From the NCBI RefSeq assembly GCF_009914755.1, contig NC_060929.1: 64,000 nucleotides of DNA; one strand, given 5' to 3'. The notes under the pieces are model-generated. The model had not been told where the DNA came from, searched no databases, and worked only from the letters and a program-made list of their open reading frames with translations. This document shows, one piece after another, positions 40,030 through 58,199 of this stretch. Both the position numbers and the translations under genes were made by a program. The stretch comes from the human T2T-CHM13v2.0 reference genome, Homo sapiens. The stretch's first letter is position 1. Each line of letters opens with the position of its first letter.

Positions 40030-41360
40030 GGAGACCACATGTAGACTTGTCAATTGAAGTCCCTGCACCTGGATAATTTCTGGGCATGGCTGCATAGACA
40101 GTTATGAAGACCAGTTAGTGAAAGTTAAACCTGTATCTTTGCCCCTTGGCATCGGCCGCTTGGCTCCTTGCTTATGTACTGTGTATGTCTCTCCCATACC
40201 TGAATACATTTTGAGGGTGGATGTTTTACACAGCTTGGCAGCTATGCCATCTGTCATGGACTTGATGGACCACTTCACGACAGAATTGGGACAGTACCAC
40301 TATGTGGTGGATTTGACCAATGCATTCTCAATTAACATTGCCCTAGAGAGCCAAGAAAAGTTTGCCTTCATGGGAAGGTGACCATGGACTTTCACAGTGT
40401 TGCTGCAGGGCTATATGCATGGCCCCACCATATGCCATGGTCTTGTTGATAATATTATGTTAACCTCTAATTCTCTTGCAGATTTAGAAGCAGCAGCACT
40501 CCTCTTGCCTGAGATTGGGATAGTGTGGCTGAGACCGCCTTCCTGGCAGCCAAGCAGGCTATTCAGTAGGCACAAGCTTTGTGGGTATTAGACCAGGGGC
40601 ACCTGTTTGAGCTGGGTGTGCATGTGACCACAAATGGTTTCAGTGGGGCCTGTGGTAGCATACGGAGCACTTGAGAATGCCAGTAGGCTTTTGATCCCAA
40701 CTATGGAAGGGAGGTGAGCTCCAATATTCCTTGATAGAGAAACAGCTAACATCTGTATATGCCACCCTTCAGGCTTGTGAGAGTGTGACAGGATGGGCTA
40801 CAGCCATTGTACAGATGACTTACCTGATAGTGGGATGGGTACATTCATGGGTAATGACACCCCTGACTAGGACAGCACAGACATTCATTTTAGCAAAGTA
40901 GGATGCCTACTGAGAACAGTGGAGTACATTAAGAATGAGTCTTTTAGCAGGAGAGTTTCAAGAGGTCTTGGGACCTGTAGCCCTAATTCAAGATAAAGCC
41001 ATGGGGCCTGAGGCACCCCTAGACCTTGAGCCATCACCATTTAGGGAAGTGCATCCCCTCATTCACAATGAGGCATGGCACACAGATGGGTCTAGTCAAG
41101 GTGCTACTGCTGCTTGGACTGCTCTTGCTGTCCAACCTAATACTGACACCATATGGTTTGAAACTAGGCGTGGACAAAGTAGCCAGTGGGCTGAACCCAG
41201 AGCAATGTGCATGGTGATCACCAAGGAGGCGATACCCATAGTAATCTGCACCAATAGCTGGGCAATTTATTGAGGTTTAATCTTGTGGTTAACTACCTGG
41301 AAGTTACAGAAGTGGCTAGTCACCAGCCCATGTGGGGCCAAGTCATGTGGCAAGACCTAT
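40030..41360 (+). pseudogene. pol: Fragmented class III pro-pol (protease C-half, RT pieces, RNase H)
   Basis: TVYVSPIPEYILRVDVL; HYVVDLTNAFS...QEKFAF; LLQGYMHGPTICHGLVDNIML; AWHTDGSSQG...GQSSQWAEPRA...ICTNSWAIY. Confidence 0.88.
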
Positions 41361-41625
41361 AAGAGGGAGGATGACCTTCTCTGACCAGGTATGGGGATGA
41401 ATGGTAACCTGCTGTTGCCTGCCCCCATGCCTCTAAAGGTAGAGAAATAAAAACCGGCTTAATGTATAAAGCAACATTGGGGTAACATCACCATGGGGTG
41501 GTTGTCTGCCATAACTTGGAGTTGTTGCTCCCTGTACTACTGCTGTGGCCTCTGGGTCCAGGGTTCTTCCCTGTGGGCCTGTCTCTCCACTAGAAGAACT
41601 CCCTCAGCCAAGGGGATGGAATGTA

Positions 41626-41885
41626 AAGCCTGTGTATCTGGCCTGTGTGCCCAGAGCTAATGTGTCAAGCCTGTGTATCTGGAGTCTGTGCCCAGAGCTT
41701 ATGTGTCAAGCCTGTGTATCTGGCCTGTGTGCCCAGAGCTTATGTGTCAGGCTTATGTATCAAGCCTATGTGTGTCAGGCCTGTGTGCCCAAAGCATATG
41801 TGCAAGGCTTATGTGTCAAGCCTGTGTGCACAAAACCTATGTATAAGGCTTATATGTCAGACCCATGTGTCTAAGGCCTATGTCT
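41626..41885 (+). repeat. Tandem array: three 41-bp units, then degenerate 13-15-bp subunits
   Basis: aagcctgtgtatctggcctgtgtgcccagagcttatgtgtc at 41626, 41667 and 41708. Confidence 0.92.
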
Positions 41886-42479
41886 CTCTTGGCCTAGGGG
41901 GTGGAGTATAAGGAAAATGGATGGCCTGTGGTCAAGAATAGGCCAAGGCAGACATCCAGTATAGCATGACTCAGTGGGTTTGGAGTGCAGGCACACAACT
42001 CCGCACATTATGTAACCATGCCACATGAGCTTGTGCTTGGCTCAGAGCCACTGTTGTCTGTAAAAGGTATAACTACCCTGCTGATGCTGTACATACGGCT
42101 TGCACCCAGGCTCGCTCATGCCCAGAGAGAGAGTAAAGCCACGTTGAAACTGTCTATGATTCCTTGAGTGTTTTTCCAGCTACCTGCCACTCACCCACTA
42201 ACTGCCCTTGGTGCTCAGTTAGAACCTGATAAGAAGCAACATAGGGATTATGAATAAAGAATATTAAAGTTTTCTTCTATGCTAGGGAGTTCTTGAATTT
42301 TTCACAGCTGTTTAATCTCCCACTGGCATCAATTATACATGTTGTAAATAATAAATATAAGCTTTGGACATCCATATTCCTTTTCCTGCCCTGTTGGATA
42401 TCATTGTTACACGGCAGTAGATTGGAGATGGAGCAGGATGGAAAGTCATCCATATGATAGTCATATCTAAAACTAACAT

Positions 42480-42690
42480 TGCATTTACTCTGTACCTGAA
42501 ACAGTTCTAAATGATTTCTGTCAATTATGACATTTAATTTTCTCAACAACCCTGACTGATTACTGTTATTGCCATTTTACAGAAGAGAAACCTGAGGCAC
42601 AGAAGACCTAATTAATTTTCCTAAGGTCACAGAGCTAGTCAAGGGCAGTACAGGATTTCATCCTAGACAAGTTTTTATCATTGTGCTACA
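42480..42690 (-). mobile_element. MIR
   Basis: tttaattttctcaacaaccctg...ccattttacagaagagaaacctgaggcacaga...cctaaggtcacagagctagt. Confidence 0.85.
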
Positions 42691-43783
42691 AAGCAAGAGC
42701 TGTCCTTTGAAGTTGTTTATGTATTTTTCCCCACATAACTTTTATCTGAAACTTTTGAACTATGATTTCAAGCTAAACCTATTTAGGTTGTGGCAAAAAT
42801 ACACGTGCTGGTCTGAAACTGAGCTCAGTTGAACATTATAGCAACAACTGGCTGAAAGGAAGGCTGTACATTTGGGACAGGATATGAGTCACTGATGGTT
42901 ATCGGTATCCAAATTACTTGGGTTTCAAAATTTTTCTAAGTAGATTTAATTTGGTTTCTACATTTTTATGCTTTTCTTCTTAAACTATCCTTTACATTTT
43001 TTAAATTTACATTATCCCCCAAAAGCTTTAGTAAAACTTAACTTATAAAACTCTATTTATAATATTTAAAGCTAATTTAGTCTAATTTCATGATCCAAAC
43101 AGTAAAAAATGGCTCATGCAAAGTACTTTTTGGATGTCTCACATTCTTTCAAAATGTATCTTTCATATAACTTTGCTTTTCTCTTCACAGCCAGGTTGTA
43201 TATTACATCAAATTGTTGTTTTAATTACCAGGTTTTTACTAGTTGAAAATTGACTGTTATTAAAAAACCATAGTATATTACATGTAAGGTTGATATTTTG
43301 GGGAGACTAGGAAATGATAATAAAAACAAAGTAAATTTAGTATTCAGATTTGGAATAAGGTGCACATGCAAATATATTTACACATTTTGGAAATAATTTA
43401 GAATAATCTTGTGGAGAATTACCCCAGACTATTTGAAATATGATTAAATGTGGCATAGGTCCACAGTTATCTGAACAGTTATTGTGCAGGATCATTAACA
43501 GTTGGTGACTTGATTTTAAACTGTTAATTTGAAAATGACCTTCAAGCTAGGTATGATTGATATGGGTGACATTAATCCATTAATGTTCGCAGTGTGACAT
43601 TTATCCAAGTTACTGTAATCAAAAGACAGCCAACTATTAGAAAGTAAAAGGGAGTGTTTTTGTAAGTACACGGAAATGTCTTTCTCTGTGTAGAAATTTC
43701 TTGTTGAAGTATTTTGACTAGAACCAATTCAATAAATACAAGTTGTCTGATATTACAAAGATTGATTTTAAATAAACATGTTG

Positions 43784-46576
<2,793 letters not shown>

Positions 46577-48059
46577 CATGAATAAATAAACATGTTGGCT
46601 AGCTCCCCCAAATTGCACTCTCTTGTATTCCTAATGAAATATTCATGAAATTATTAAAAAGATATTTTCAAACTCTAATTCTACTAAAAATTAGCAATGA
46701 TACTTGACAATCTTTCAGTCACTAGGAACAATTTAGTGATTTTTACAATGCAAGCAGAGGTAGCACTCTATAATTGAACATCATTATAGAGAAATGTTTA
46801 AACATATGGTTATAAAATAAAATTTAAATAATTTGTAAAGGAAAGTAAATTAACATATTTTGGTTATTAAAACAATAAGTGCAAAATTCCAAAATATGTA
46901 TTCTAGAGAGTGAGTAAAAGCAAGAGAAATTTCATCCTATACAAAAGGGCATAGTAGTTCTGAAATTTATTGAGAATATTTTTAGTAAAATCTAATAAGA
47001 TAACTTTATACACAATCTTTTTAGAATTAAATACAAGTTGTATACTTTCTTAATAAAGCAAATAAAAATTTAGATTATGCACTTGAGCCAGAAAATAGGG
47101 AATCTATAAGGATTCATTAGAAAAAATGTAAAACAATAGATCTAAGGTAAAATTAAACTTATTGCTTATGGTAATTGAAAATGAAGGAAGCTTTCCAATT
47201 AAAAAAACTTTTTAAAATAATTAAAGATTATCAAATTTTATGCTATTTACAACATGCACAAATAAAATACAAGTGACACAGAAATGTAAAAATAAAAATG
47301 TACCAACAAATATCAAAATATGTCAAGAAAATGTAACAAAACAAAAGGGGAAGTGATATTAAAGTACTGTCAGAGAATAATATAAAGAAACAACAGTATT
47401 GATTATTGGAAAATTACACACATATACATATATGTCTTTGTGTGCATGTTGAATTAATAAAGCTTGTTTTCAAAATTGATTTAAGAAATTAAAGTCAAAA
47501 CTAATACATACGAAGTAAAAAATTATAATATATATTTTCTGATCAAAGGACAATAACACCAGGAATTCACAAGTTTGGATATGAAAACCAAACACTTAAA
47601 GTTGTATAGAAATTAAAAAGCAAAGTCAAGAAAAGTAATTAGTATTGTATTAAGTAAAAAGTAAAAATTATTTAGAAATTAATGACAAAAGAACAATAAA
47701 CATCACAGTTAATTGGTTGCATTTTCTAAAAACAAGAAAAAAATCACAAAGAAGAACACACACAAACACACATGCATGTTTACTTAATTTACATATGTGC
47801 ATATTTACTTATTGGCTAGGCCTATGAAAAAAGGTAAACTCATGGAATGTGATTGGCTTACATGAGTCAAAAACAAAAGAAAACCTCTAAAACCCTCAAA
47901 GAAAATAGACAAAAATAATGAACTCACAATTCATTACAATTTTTAAGTTTTAGATAATATTTATGAAATATTCTTCATACTCTGTTGTGTTTGAAGAAAT
48001 GTGAAGTTAAAGTAAGAATATCACATCATTTTCTGCATATTTAAATGTTATAAAAATAA

Positions 48060-48372
48060 ATTTATTTTTAAGACAGGTCTTGCTCTGTCGCTTAGGCTGG
48101 ACTGCAGTGATGAAATCTTGGCTCATTGTAGCAGCTTGAACACCTGGACTCAAGGGATCCTCCCACCTCAGCCCCGCTCCCCTGCTGATTCCAGATTAGC
48201 TGGGTTTACAGGCGCATGCCAGTGTGCCAGACTAATGTAATTTTTTTTCCTTTATAGAGATGGGGTCTCACTATGTTTCTCAGGCTTGTCTCAAAATTCT
48301 GGCCTCAAGCAATCTTCCCACCTTGGCCTCCCAAAGTGCTGAGATTGCAGGCATGAGTCACCATGCTTGCCC
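48060..48372 (-). mobile_element. AluJ
   Basis: agacaggtcttgctctgtcgcttaggctgg...ctcaagggatcctcccacctcagcc...ggcctcaagcaatcttcccaccttggcctcccaaagtgctg. Confidence 0.9.
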
Positions 48373-51006
48373 TAAAAACAACGTATTCGATATATGCATT
48401 ATAATGCTAAGAGTGGAACTTCACATTCAGGAAAATAGTTTGGCTATATTTATTAAGCTTTAAAATATGTACATGAGGATATATATTATATATCATAAAT
48501 GCAATATTATGATAGAGTGATCAATTCTCAAAAAAGGGAGAAACAGAGGTAAAGACTATGTAAATATGTTTCTTTCATATGAGTTATAATTATGAAATAT
48601 TAAAACTATGCTTAAAGATAAGGCAAATGAATAAATACATCATGCCACATCTAAATGATAGAATCTTATGCAGTCATCAAAATGGTAATTTTGGAGAGTA
48701 AGTGGGGCTAATGTAGTAAGAAACTTAGTATGTACAATATAAATGCCATTTTCCCACATTTTTAACAAATATATGAGCATAGAAATAAACAGTAGAAAAA
48801 GACATAACAGAATATTGGTGGTCATTTTAATTTAATGTGTGATTTTATGTCCTATGTATCTTTTATAACTGTATAACTATTATATATATTTTCATAATTT
48901 CATGTACATAATTTTATGTTCGATAAACATAAAACATAGGGTGAATGTCACATTTCAATGTAATCTATTGTGAATGTAATGTCAAGTTGTTCCTATATCT
49001 CTGTCCATCAGTTTGATAAAGAATATTTTGTGCATAAATATAAATATTTCTCTCCACAGGGTACTTTATGTTGCCTTTGGAAATATATGCTCTTTCTTGA
49101 TACTGTTTCCTGCTTGTTTTTATATAATCTGCTTTGTCAGAGTGCTACTACTTCTAAATGCTGAGAAAAACAGTAAAACAATATCTTAATTTTCCTAATA
49201 TATAGGAATAGGGAGTCAAAATAAACAGCTGTGGCTTGTCTTACACCTAAAATTTACAAATTAATTTGACATGTGGAAACTAAAAGCTAAAAAACTTGCC
49301 ACCCGATTTTTAAAAGTCTACTTATAGAATAATTTTCCCCAAACTATTTATATTATAAAATGAAAAATCAAACAAATTAAGGGGAATATATAACTCTTTC
49401 CTGAATGTGAGTAGCATATTAGTGCATAGTTTAATTATGTTTAATATACAGTTTCTATCATTTCCCCAGCATACAGTAGGTAAAGGATATTTTTTACTCT
49501 GCTGCTTTGAAAAACTACTGTTGAAAGATTTATTCTGCACATAACAAAGCAAAAGGACAAGAGTACTTGAAGGACTTCCTAATTCTCTCTGTTGAGGTAT
49601 GGCTGGGCAAGGTGATGTCACATGCCCATAAACAATCATAATCAACAATGTTTACAAAATAAATTAAGAAAAGAAAAGCTGCCACAATTTTTATTATAAC
49701 TGATATGCCTTACCTTATTCTTTTTGAGAAACTAATGGGCTTATTTACTCCATGGAACAACATAATCGAAATTTTCAGAGAAGAATAAATCTCATGACAT
49801 GAACTGTACTCTTTAGCATATGGTTCAAAAGACTGAAGGTGAGGATTTTGCTTTTTTCATTTTAAGTTATTAGGCCGAAAGTGAGAGGAGATACACAGGG
49901 GCAGGTTGGGGATGGTGATCATTTTTAAAATAAGAGTTTTAATGTCATTGTTTCGTGCTAGTTTTAGGCTTTGCTCTATTTTAGAAACTAGAAATCAGGG
50001 TTAATGAGAGGGTTATACTGTGTGACAAATGGAGGGATTGCAGGTGTTAAAGTTTATTGCAGAATTATTGCAATGTCCTATATAAAAAAGAGCTCTCAGT
50101 TTTACTTAAAAGATCAAGCTTATAATCACCCACGTTTGACATCTGATTGTTCCTGGTCTCCTGCCATGTGAAATTTGGTGAGATAACAGACTGCCATTCT
50201 GAGATTTTAGGAGCTTTAATCTTCTTATCTACAAATACAAAGGTTATATGCTTCACAGTTATTACCATATATAAAATAGGGACAAGATGCAAATTAATTT
50301 TCTTTCTTCTATCTCTCCTTCATTCCTCCTTTCTTCTATTCCTGTACATCATTTTGGTGGCCAGTCAAGTGACCACTAGACCTGAGATATATAGATAATA
50401 AAGTAAAGCCCACCTGGAAGAGATTTATAATAGAATGAAAAGTCCCTACTATGTATTTAAGCTGTACTAAAATGCATACATATATGTGGATGGCAACCCT
50501 GAGGAATCATCCCCTTATGCATTAGTGGCATTCTCCAACCTTTGGAACTGAGTCAAGCATGGTTTTCAGAGGATCTAAGAACTCCTAACAGTGTTTTAGA
50601 TATGGTTGACTGGTTCACAGGCTTACAAAATAATTTGTAAACAATTAGAACTTTGTGAAACTTGCACTTTGAAACATTCTTTTAGAAAAATATAGTCTCA
50701 CACAAAGATAGGGAGTTTAGATTTCTGAAAATAAAGGGGGAAAATAAACTGGTTTCTGCTCATTGTTGTTGTCACCAGGCCTTTGGAAGTTTGAATGTTA
50801 ATTCAGAAGATGAAACAAAGTTTCCAGGTCAGGATTATTGAACCTGGTATCCAACAACAAGAATTTGTAATTATTAGAAAGTCTTTGAGAGAAGTACTAG
50901 AGATTAAATAGAAAAAAAAAAAACAGTGGTAGAAAACTTTTGTTAAGTATCTGATGGCCAAGCGCTTTATATCTGCATGCTTAGATTTGGACTCCAAGGC
51001 TCAGAT

Positions 51007-51008
<2 letters not shown>

Positions 51009-51040
<32 letters not shown>
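51009..51040. repeat. (GT)16 microsatellite abutting Tigger3
   Basis: Uninterrupted gt run. Confidence 0.95.
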
Positions 51041-51042
<2 letters not shown>

Positions 51043-51440
51043 ACAGTCATGAATCACTTAATGGGGATACTTCTGAGAAATGCATTGTTTGGCAATTTTG
51101 TCACTGTGCAAATATCATAGGGTGTACTTACACAAACCTACATGGGATAGCCTGCTACACACCTAGGCTATATGGATTGCACCTATGCTACAAACCTGTA
51201 CAGCATGTTACTACACTTAATACTGTAGGCCACTGTGTATCTAAACATACAAAAGGTACACTAAAAATACAGTAGAATATATAAAAAATGATATACCTGT
51301 ATAGGCACTTACCATGAGTAGAACTTCCAGGACTGAAAGTTGCTCTGGGTGACACAGTGAGTGAGTGGTGAGTGAATGTGAAGGCCTAGGACATTACTGT
51401 CCACTGTTATAAACTGTACAATTAGGCTGCACTAAATTTA

Positions 51441-51782
<342 letters not shown>

Positions 51783-52169
51783 TTAACCGTAGCTTACTAT
51801 AACTTACTATGTAATTATTTTACTTTGTAACCTTTTAATTTTTTTAACTTTTTGACTTTTTTTGTAAAAACATTTAGCTTAAAATACACATTGCACAGCC
51901 GTACAACAATATTTGTTCTTTATTTCTTATTCCATAATTTTTTTTCTATTTAAGAAATTTTATTTATTATTTTTACTTATTACACTTCTTTGTTAAACTC
52001 AAAGACACAAACATACACATTAGCCTAGGCCTACGCAGGTTTGGGATCATGAATATTACTGTCTTCCCTCTCCACATCTTGTCCCAAAGGAACAAAGGAC
52101 AATAACAGGCATGGAGTTGTAATCTCCTCTGGTAGCAGTTCTTTCTTCTGGCATACCTCATGAAGGTCC

Positions 52170-54231
<2,062 letters not shown>

Positions 54232-55259
54232 GATGAACAAAATAACACAAGATTATCAAGCACAGGAGAAAATGGTGCACTCAGGAGACAAGTTAGACAT
54301 GAGATGCATGAGTCTGCTGCCCGTGTAATACAGTATAATATTTTACAGTTAATATTTTTTAAATCAGTAGAAGGAATACATTCTAAAGTGATGAGAAAAA
54401 GTATAGCATAATATACAAACCAGTAACATAGTCATTTATTATCAAGTATTATGTACTGTATGTGATTGTACATGCTATACTTTTATATGATTGTCAGCAC
54501 AGTATGATTGTTTACACCGGCATCAACACAAACATGAGAATAATGTTTTGAGCTATGATGTTACAATGGCTATAATGTCACTAGGCAATAGGAATTGTTA
54601 GCTCCATTATAATCTCATGGGTCTACCATCACATATTGGATCCATCTTTGACTGAAATGTCATTACATGGTACATAACTATATATATTTACAAAGCTACT
54701 CATTCAAGAGGTAGCAAAAAAAAAATATGAGAACATGCTGTTATTCCTTCCCTTCATCAATCCTTTTCTTACCAGTGGTCTTATATTTTTCTAATATCAA
54801 TTTGTTTATAAGTCAGGAAAGAGAGAGAGGGTAAAAAATGGAAAATAAGAAATAACAGAGGTAAATTCTCTGTGATCTTGTAATCAGAATGACAATGATG
54901 TTTAAGTCTAGGGGTAAAGAGCAATGTACAAGAAATCCCTTCATCCCCTCAACATGGCCGTATTGCCAAACTGAAGCTGTTAAATAATTTTGAAGTGAAA
55001 ACTTTTATCTATTGCCAGGGGAAACGACAAAAAAGGAAAATGATGAAAAATGTGTTGATGTGTTTTTTTTGTTTTGATTTGTTTTTGGTACTCTCTCTTT
55101 ATGAGTAAGGCTATTCTAGGAAAGGAGATATATTTCATATATATCTTAAATTCAGTTTCATACAGAAGTTCAAATATTTGAAAATCAGTGACCTAGGGCA
55201 GAAAAATAATTCTCAATTTTCTACGACCATTGTCAACCAAATTTTTCATTGCAAAGAGT

Positions 55260-55462
55260 AGATATAAGTTTTTCTGATATATATATTTCTGATATATATA
55301 TTTTTAAAAATATCAGAAAAATGTATATCTTTATACAATTTGTATGTATATTTTATAACAGTTATAAAATATATAGTTTTACATTGTTTTATATAAAACT
55401 ATTATATAAAAGGAATATAAAATATTGTATAATATTTATAAAAATATATAAATATATATAGT
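55260..55462. repeat. AT-rich low-complexity tract with several inverted repeats
   Basis: tatattttataac-a-gttataaaatata (55347-55373); ttttctgatat...atatcagaaaa; atacaa-t-ttgtat. Confidence 0.8.
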
Positions 55463-55747
55463 TTCATTACAAATAAAATGCACAATATGAATTTTCAAAT
55501 ATCTATGACAATCTCTAAAGTAAGCAATTATCTGGCTTTTCCAGAAAATTTATTCTTCTGTAAGTTTTCCAGAGGCTAGTGTACTATAGATACTACTCTG
55601 AGAATTTTGGGTTAGTACTCAAAAAATTATATATGTAAATATATTTAAATATGATATATATTTAATTATCTGATAAAAAATTCATTCCCAATTAATATCA
55701 ATGTTTCCACTTCAATTTAGTTATCAATTACTTAGTAAAATACTTGA

Positions 55748-56107
<360 letters not shown>

Positions 56108-56488
56108 TCATTTAATTATATTACTTGGAAAATTTTAATTTTCTCTGGTAGAGAGTTGGGAATCAAGAGAAGATTATTGTTTACAGAATTTCTTTTATGT
56201 AAAATCCAAGTATGGAGCACATATTCAATTGAATGGTTTTATGTATCAGTAGAATATTTAATAATATAAGGTTCTGTGGGAGAAGCGTCATCTCTTCTAC
56301 TAGATGGAAACTCTAGTGTAATATGCATGGAGAGAACAATATTTTTCAAAGTAAAGATAGCTACAATAATGGAGGATTAAATGGATACATGATAGAAAGA
56401 TAAATTGAAAGATAAATATAAAGGTTTATACATATATATGGGTCATAACTATTCATAAAGTACTACATATCTTATAATGCTATATTAC

Positions 56489-56923
56489 TGTTGCAAAGAT
56501 TCTTAGGTCTAGTCAGTGAAACAGAACAAGTCAGGCAAAGCAGATTAATTACTTACAGATAGATAGGCAGCAAGAATAAGCAGAATCAGATGGAACGTGA
56601 CAAGCCAGCCTCCAAGGCTCAGGAAAGTTGCCCTGGGTGGATGGAGTTTCATCACTGTGCCCCATGTCACACCTCAGCTGAGGAACCCTGAAGGCATTCT
56701 TCCCTGGGTTTTATAATCTGGTTGTCACTTATGCTGTTGAGTTCAAGCATTGCAGAACTACTTCTTCTAGGAGAAAACAGGATATAGCCTGGGCTGTTCT
56801 GGATGGTTCTTCCTTACCTCAGGACATTGCATTCTTGGTACCTTGTACAGTTATTCTGAGAACTACAAATGGGAAAAGGGAGGGCTGGATCAGCCAAGAC
56901 TACCTGGGACCTGTCCTTCTACA
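56489..56923 (-). mobile_element. MER54-like ERVL 3' LTR
   Basis: Minus strand starts tgtagaaggacaggtcccaggtagtcttgg...tgtagttctcagaataactgta...aatgcaatgtcctgaggtaagg...gaacagcccaggct and ends ttgcaaca; preceded by PPT-like gggtgatggac. Confidence 0.7.
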
Positions 56924-57079
56924 GTCCATCACCCAATCCAACTATCTCCCCCTTAGCAGAACTATACTATTTCATATGCCCACTGAGGTTTGTCTCCCCA
57001 GATTTCGAGGCAGAGGTTTGTCTCCTCACAGCAATGTCATACCTTGCCTGACATATCTCAGTGTACCATCCTTGATCCA

Positions 57080-58190
57080 TAGCTAAATTCATTTCATGAG
57101 ACCCAGGAGGACTACTGCCATAAGCAGGATGACCAGGCTTGCCTGGAGCAGTGACCTAGCTTAGGATCCCAGTGATCTAGGTATAAAATTGCTAACGAGC
57201 TCAAAGAAGGATCCTTTAGGTCCGCTGGGTGGAACAAATGGGCCTGCTTCTGGATCTCTTCCACTTGTTTCTCTGTAATACTTGAGATGTTTATCTAGGT
57301 ACATCAGGTGTTGTTGGCAATAACACAAATGCCAGCCCATTCTGCTAGATAATTGAGGGCCCTTGGTTACCAATGACCATCTTGGCTAGTGAGTTCAGTA
57401 AATCTTGTTGGTACTGAATAGCTAGATGTAGCATAAGCTATCATCATCATGGTCAAGGTACAATTTGCATCCCATTTTTTTCCAGGGCATGCACACCTAT
57501 GCCAGGTATGAGGACACTGACAGCAGAATTGAATCAGCTGTCAGTTTGTCTTGCTGACAAGGTGTTTTGGGCAACCCTCTGGTGTATTATAAACGTGGAA
57601 TCCTTTCAGTTTAGAGTGCTGTTTTTCACAAATAACTGCGCACACACAATTCCCAAAGAGCATGCCCCATCTGAGAGTGAGAGGTACTCCATAGCTCAGT
57701 ATGCCCTACAATAGAACGACATATGATCTGGAGTAATACATGTCATTCCAGTCAGAGAGAAGTCGCTATAAGACTTACTAGTTGAATTGTACAAAGCTTG
57801 TGTCTGTTTTAGCCATGAGTTAGATGGCAGGGTAAATTTGCAGGTGTATGGACCTTCTCATTTCATCAATGATGTTTAAAGTTTGTCTCGTGATTTTATG
57901 TCAATGTTCTTCATGCATGGGTTATTAGAGACTCTGTTGAGCTGAACCTGCACTGAGCATATTACTCTAGTCAGAACTGTTGATGGCCTTCCGGACTCCT
58001 GTTTGATTAGCAATAGGCCATGAACTATTTGCACCTGAGAGTAATGCTCTGCATACGTGGGTAGCAGATTGAGCAATTCGTCACATTGTCACCTGCTGCT
58101 ACTGACCTGCTGATCTTCACCAGTATGTTGTCAATCCAGGTATAAATGAGTATTCTGAAGGCATAAGGGTGGAGAAGATTAGTTTCCCAA
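57080..58190 (-). pseudogene. env: Decayed gamma-type env (SU remnant plus TM)
   Basis: Minus-strand translation: TDS*FNSAVSVLIPGIGVHALEK (fusion peptide), QQDLLNSLAKMVIGN/RALNYLAEWAGICVIANNT*CT*INISSITEKQVEEIQKQA (ISD plus CX6CC), ARSLLQASLVILLMAVVLLGLMK (anchor); 5' boundary approximate. Confidence 0.82.
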
Positions 58191-58199
58191 ACCCTGCCA

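Larger units (their letters stand above)
38923..42231 (+). mobile_element. Internally deleted HERV-S (HERVL18, LTR18-like) provirus, 3.3 kb
   Basis: LTRs 38923-39273 and 41907-42231; 5-bp TSD aggag/agaag; PBS-Ser; PPT agggggtggag; class III gag/pro/RT/RNase H remnants. Confidence 0.88.

Noticed and set aside
39583-40095. 170-aa minus-strand ORF in HERV-S (and 149-aa ORF at 32562-33011)
   Set aside because: Antisense frames in GC-richer ERV sequence with no recognisable motifs
41626-41885. CRISPR-like array
   Set aside because: Head-to-tail tandem units with no unique spacers, inside a primate ERV
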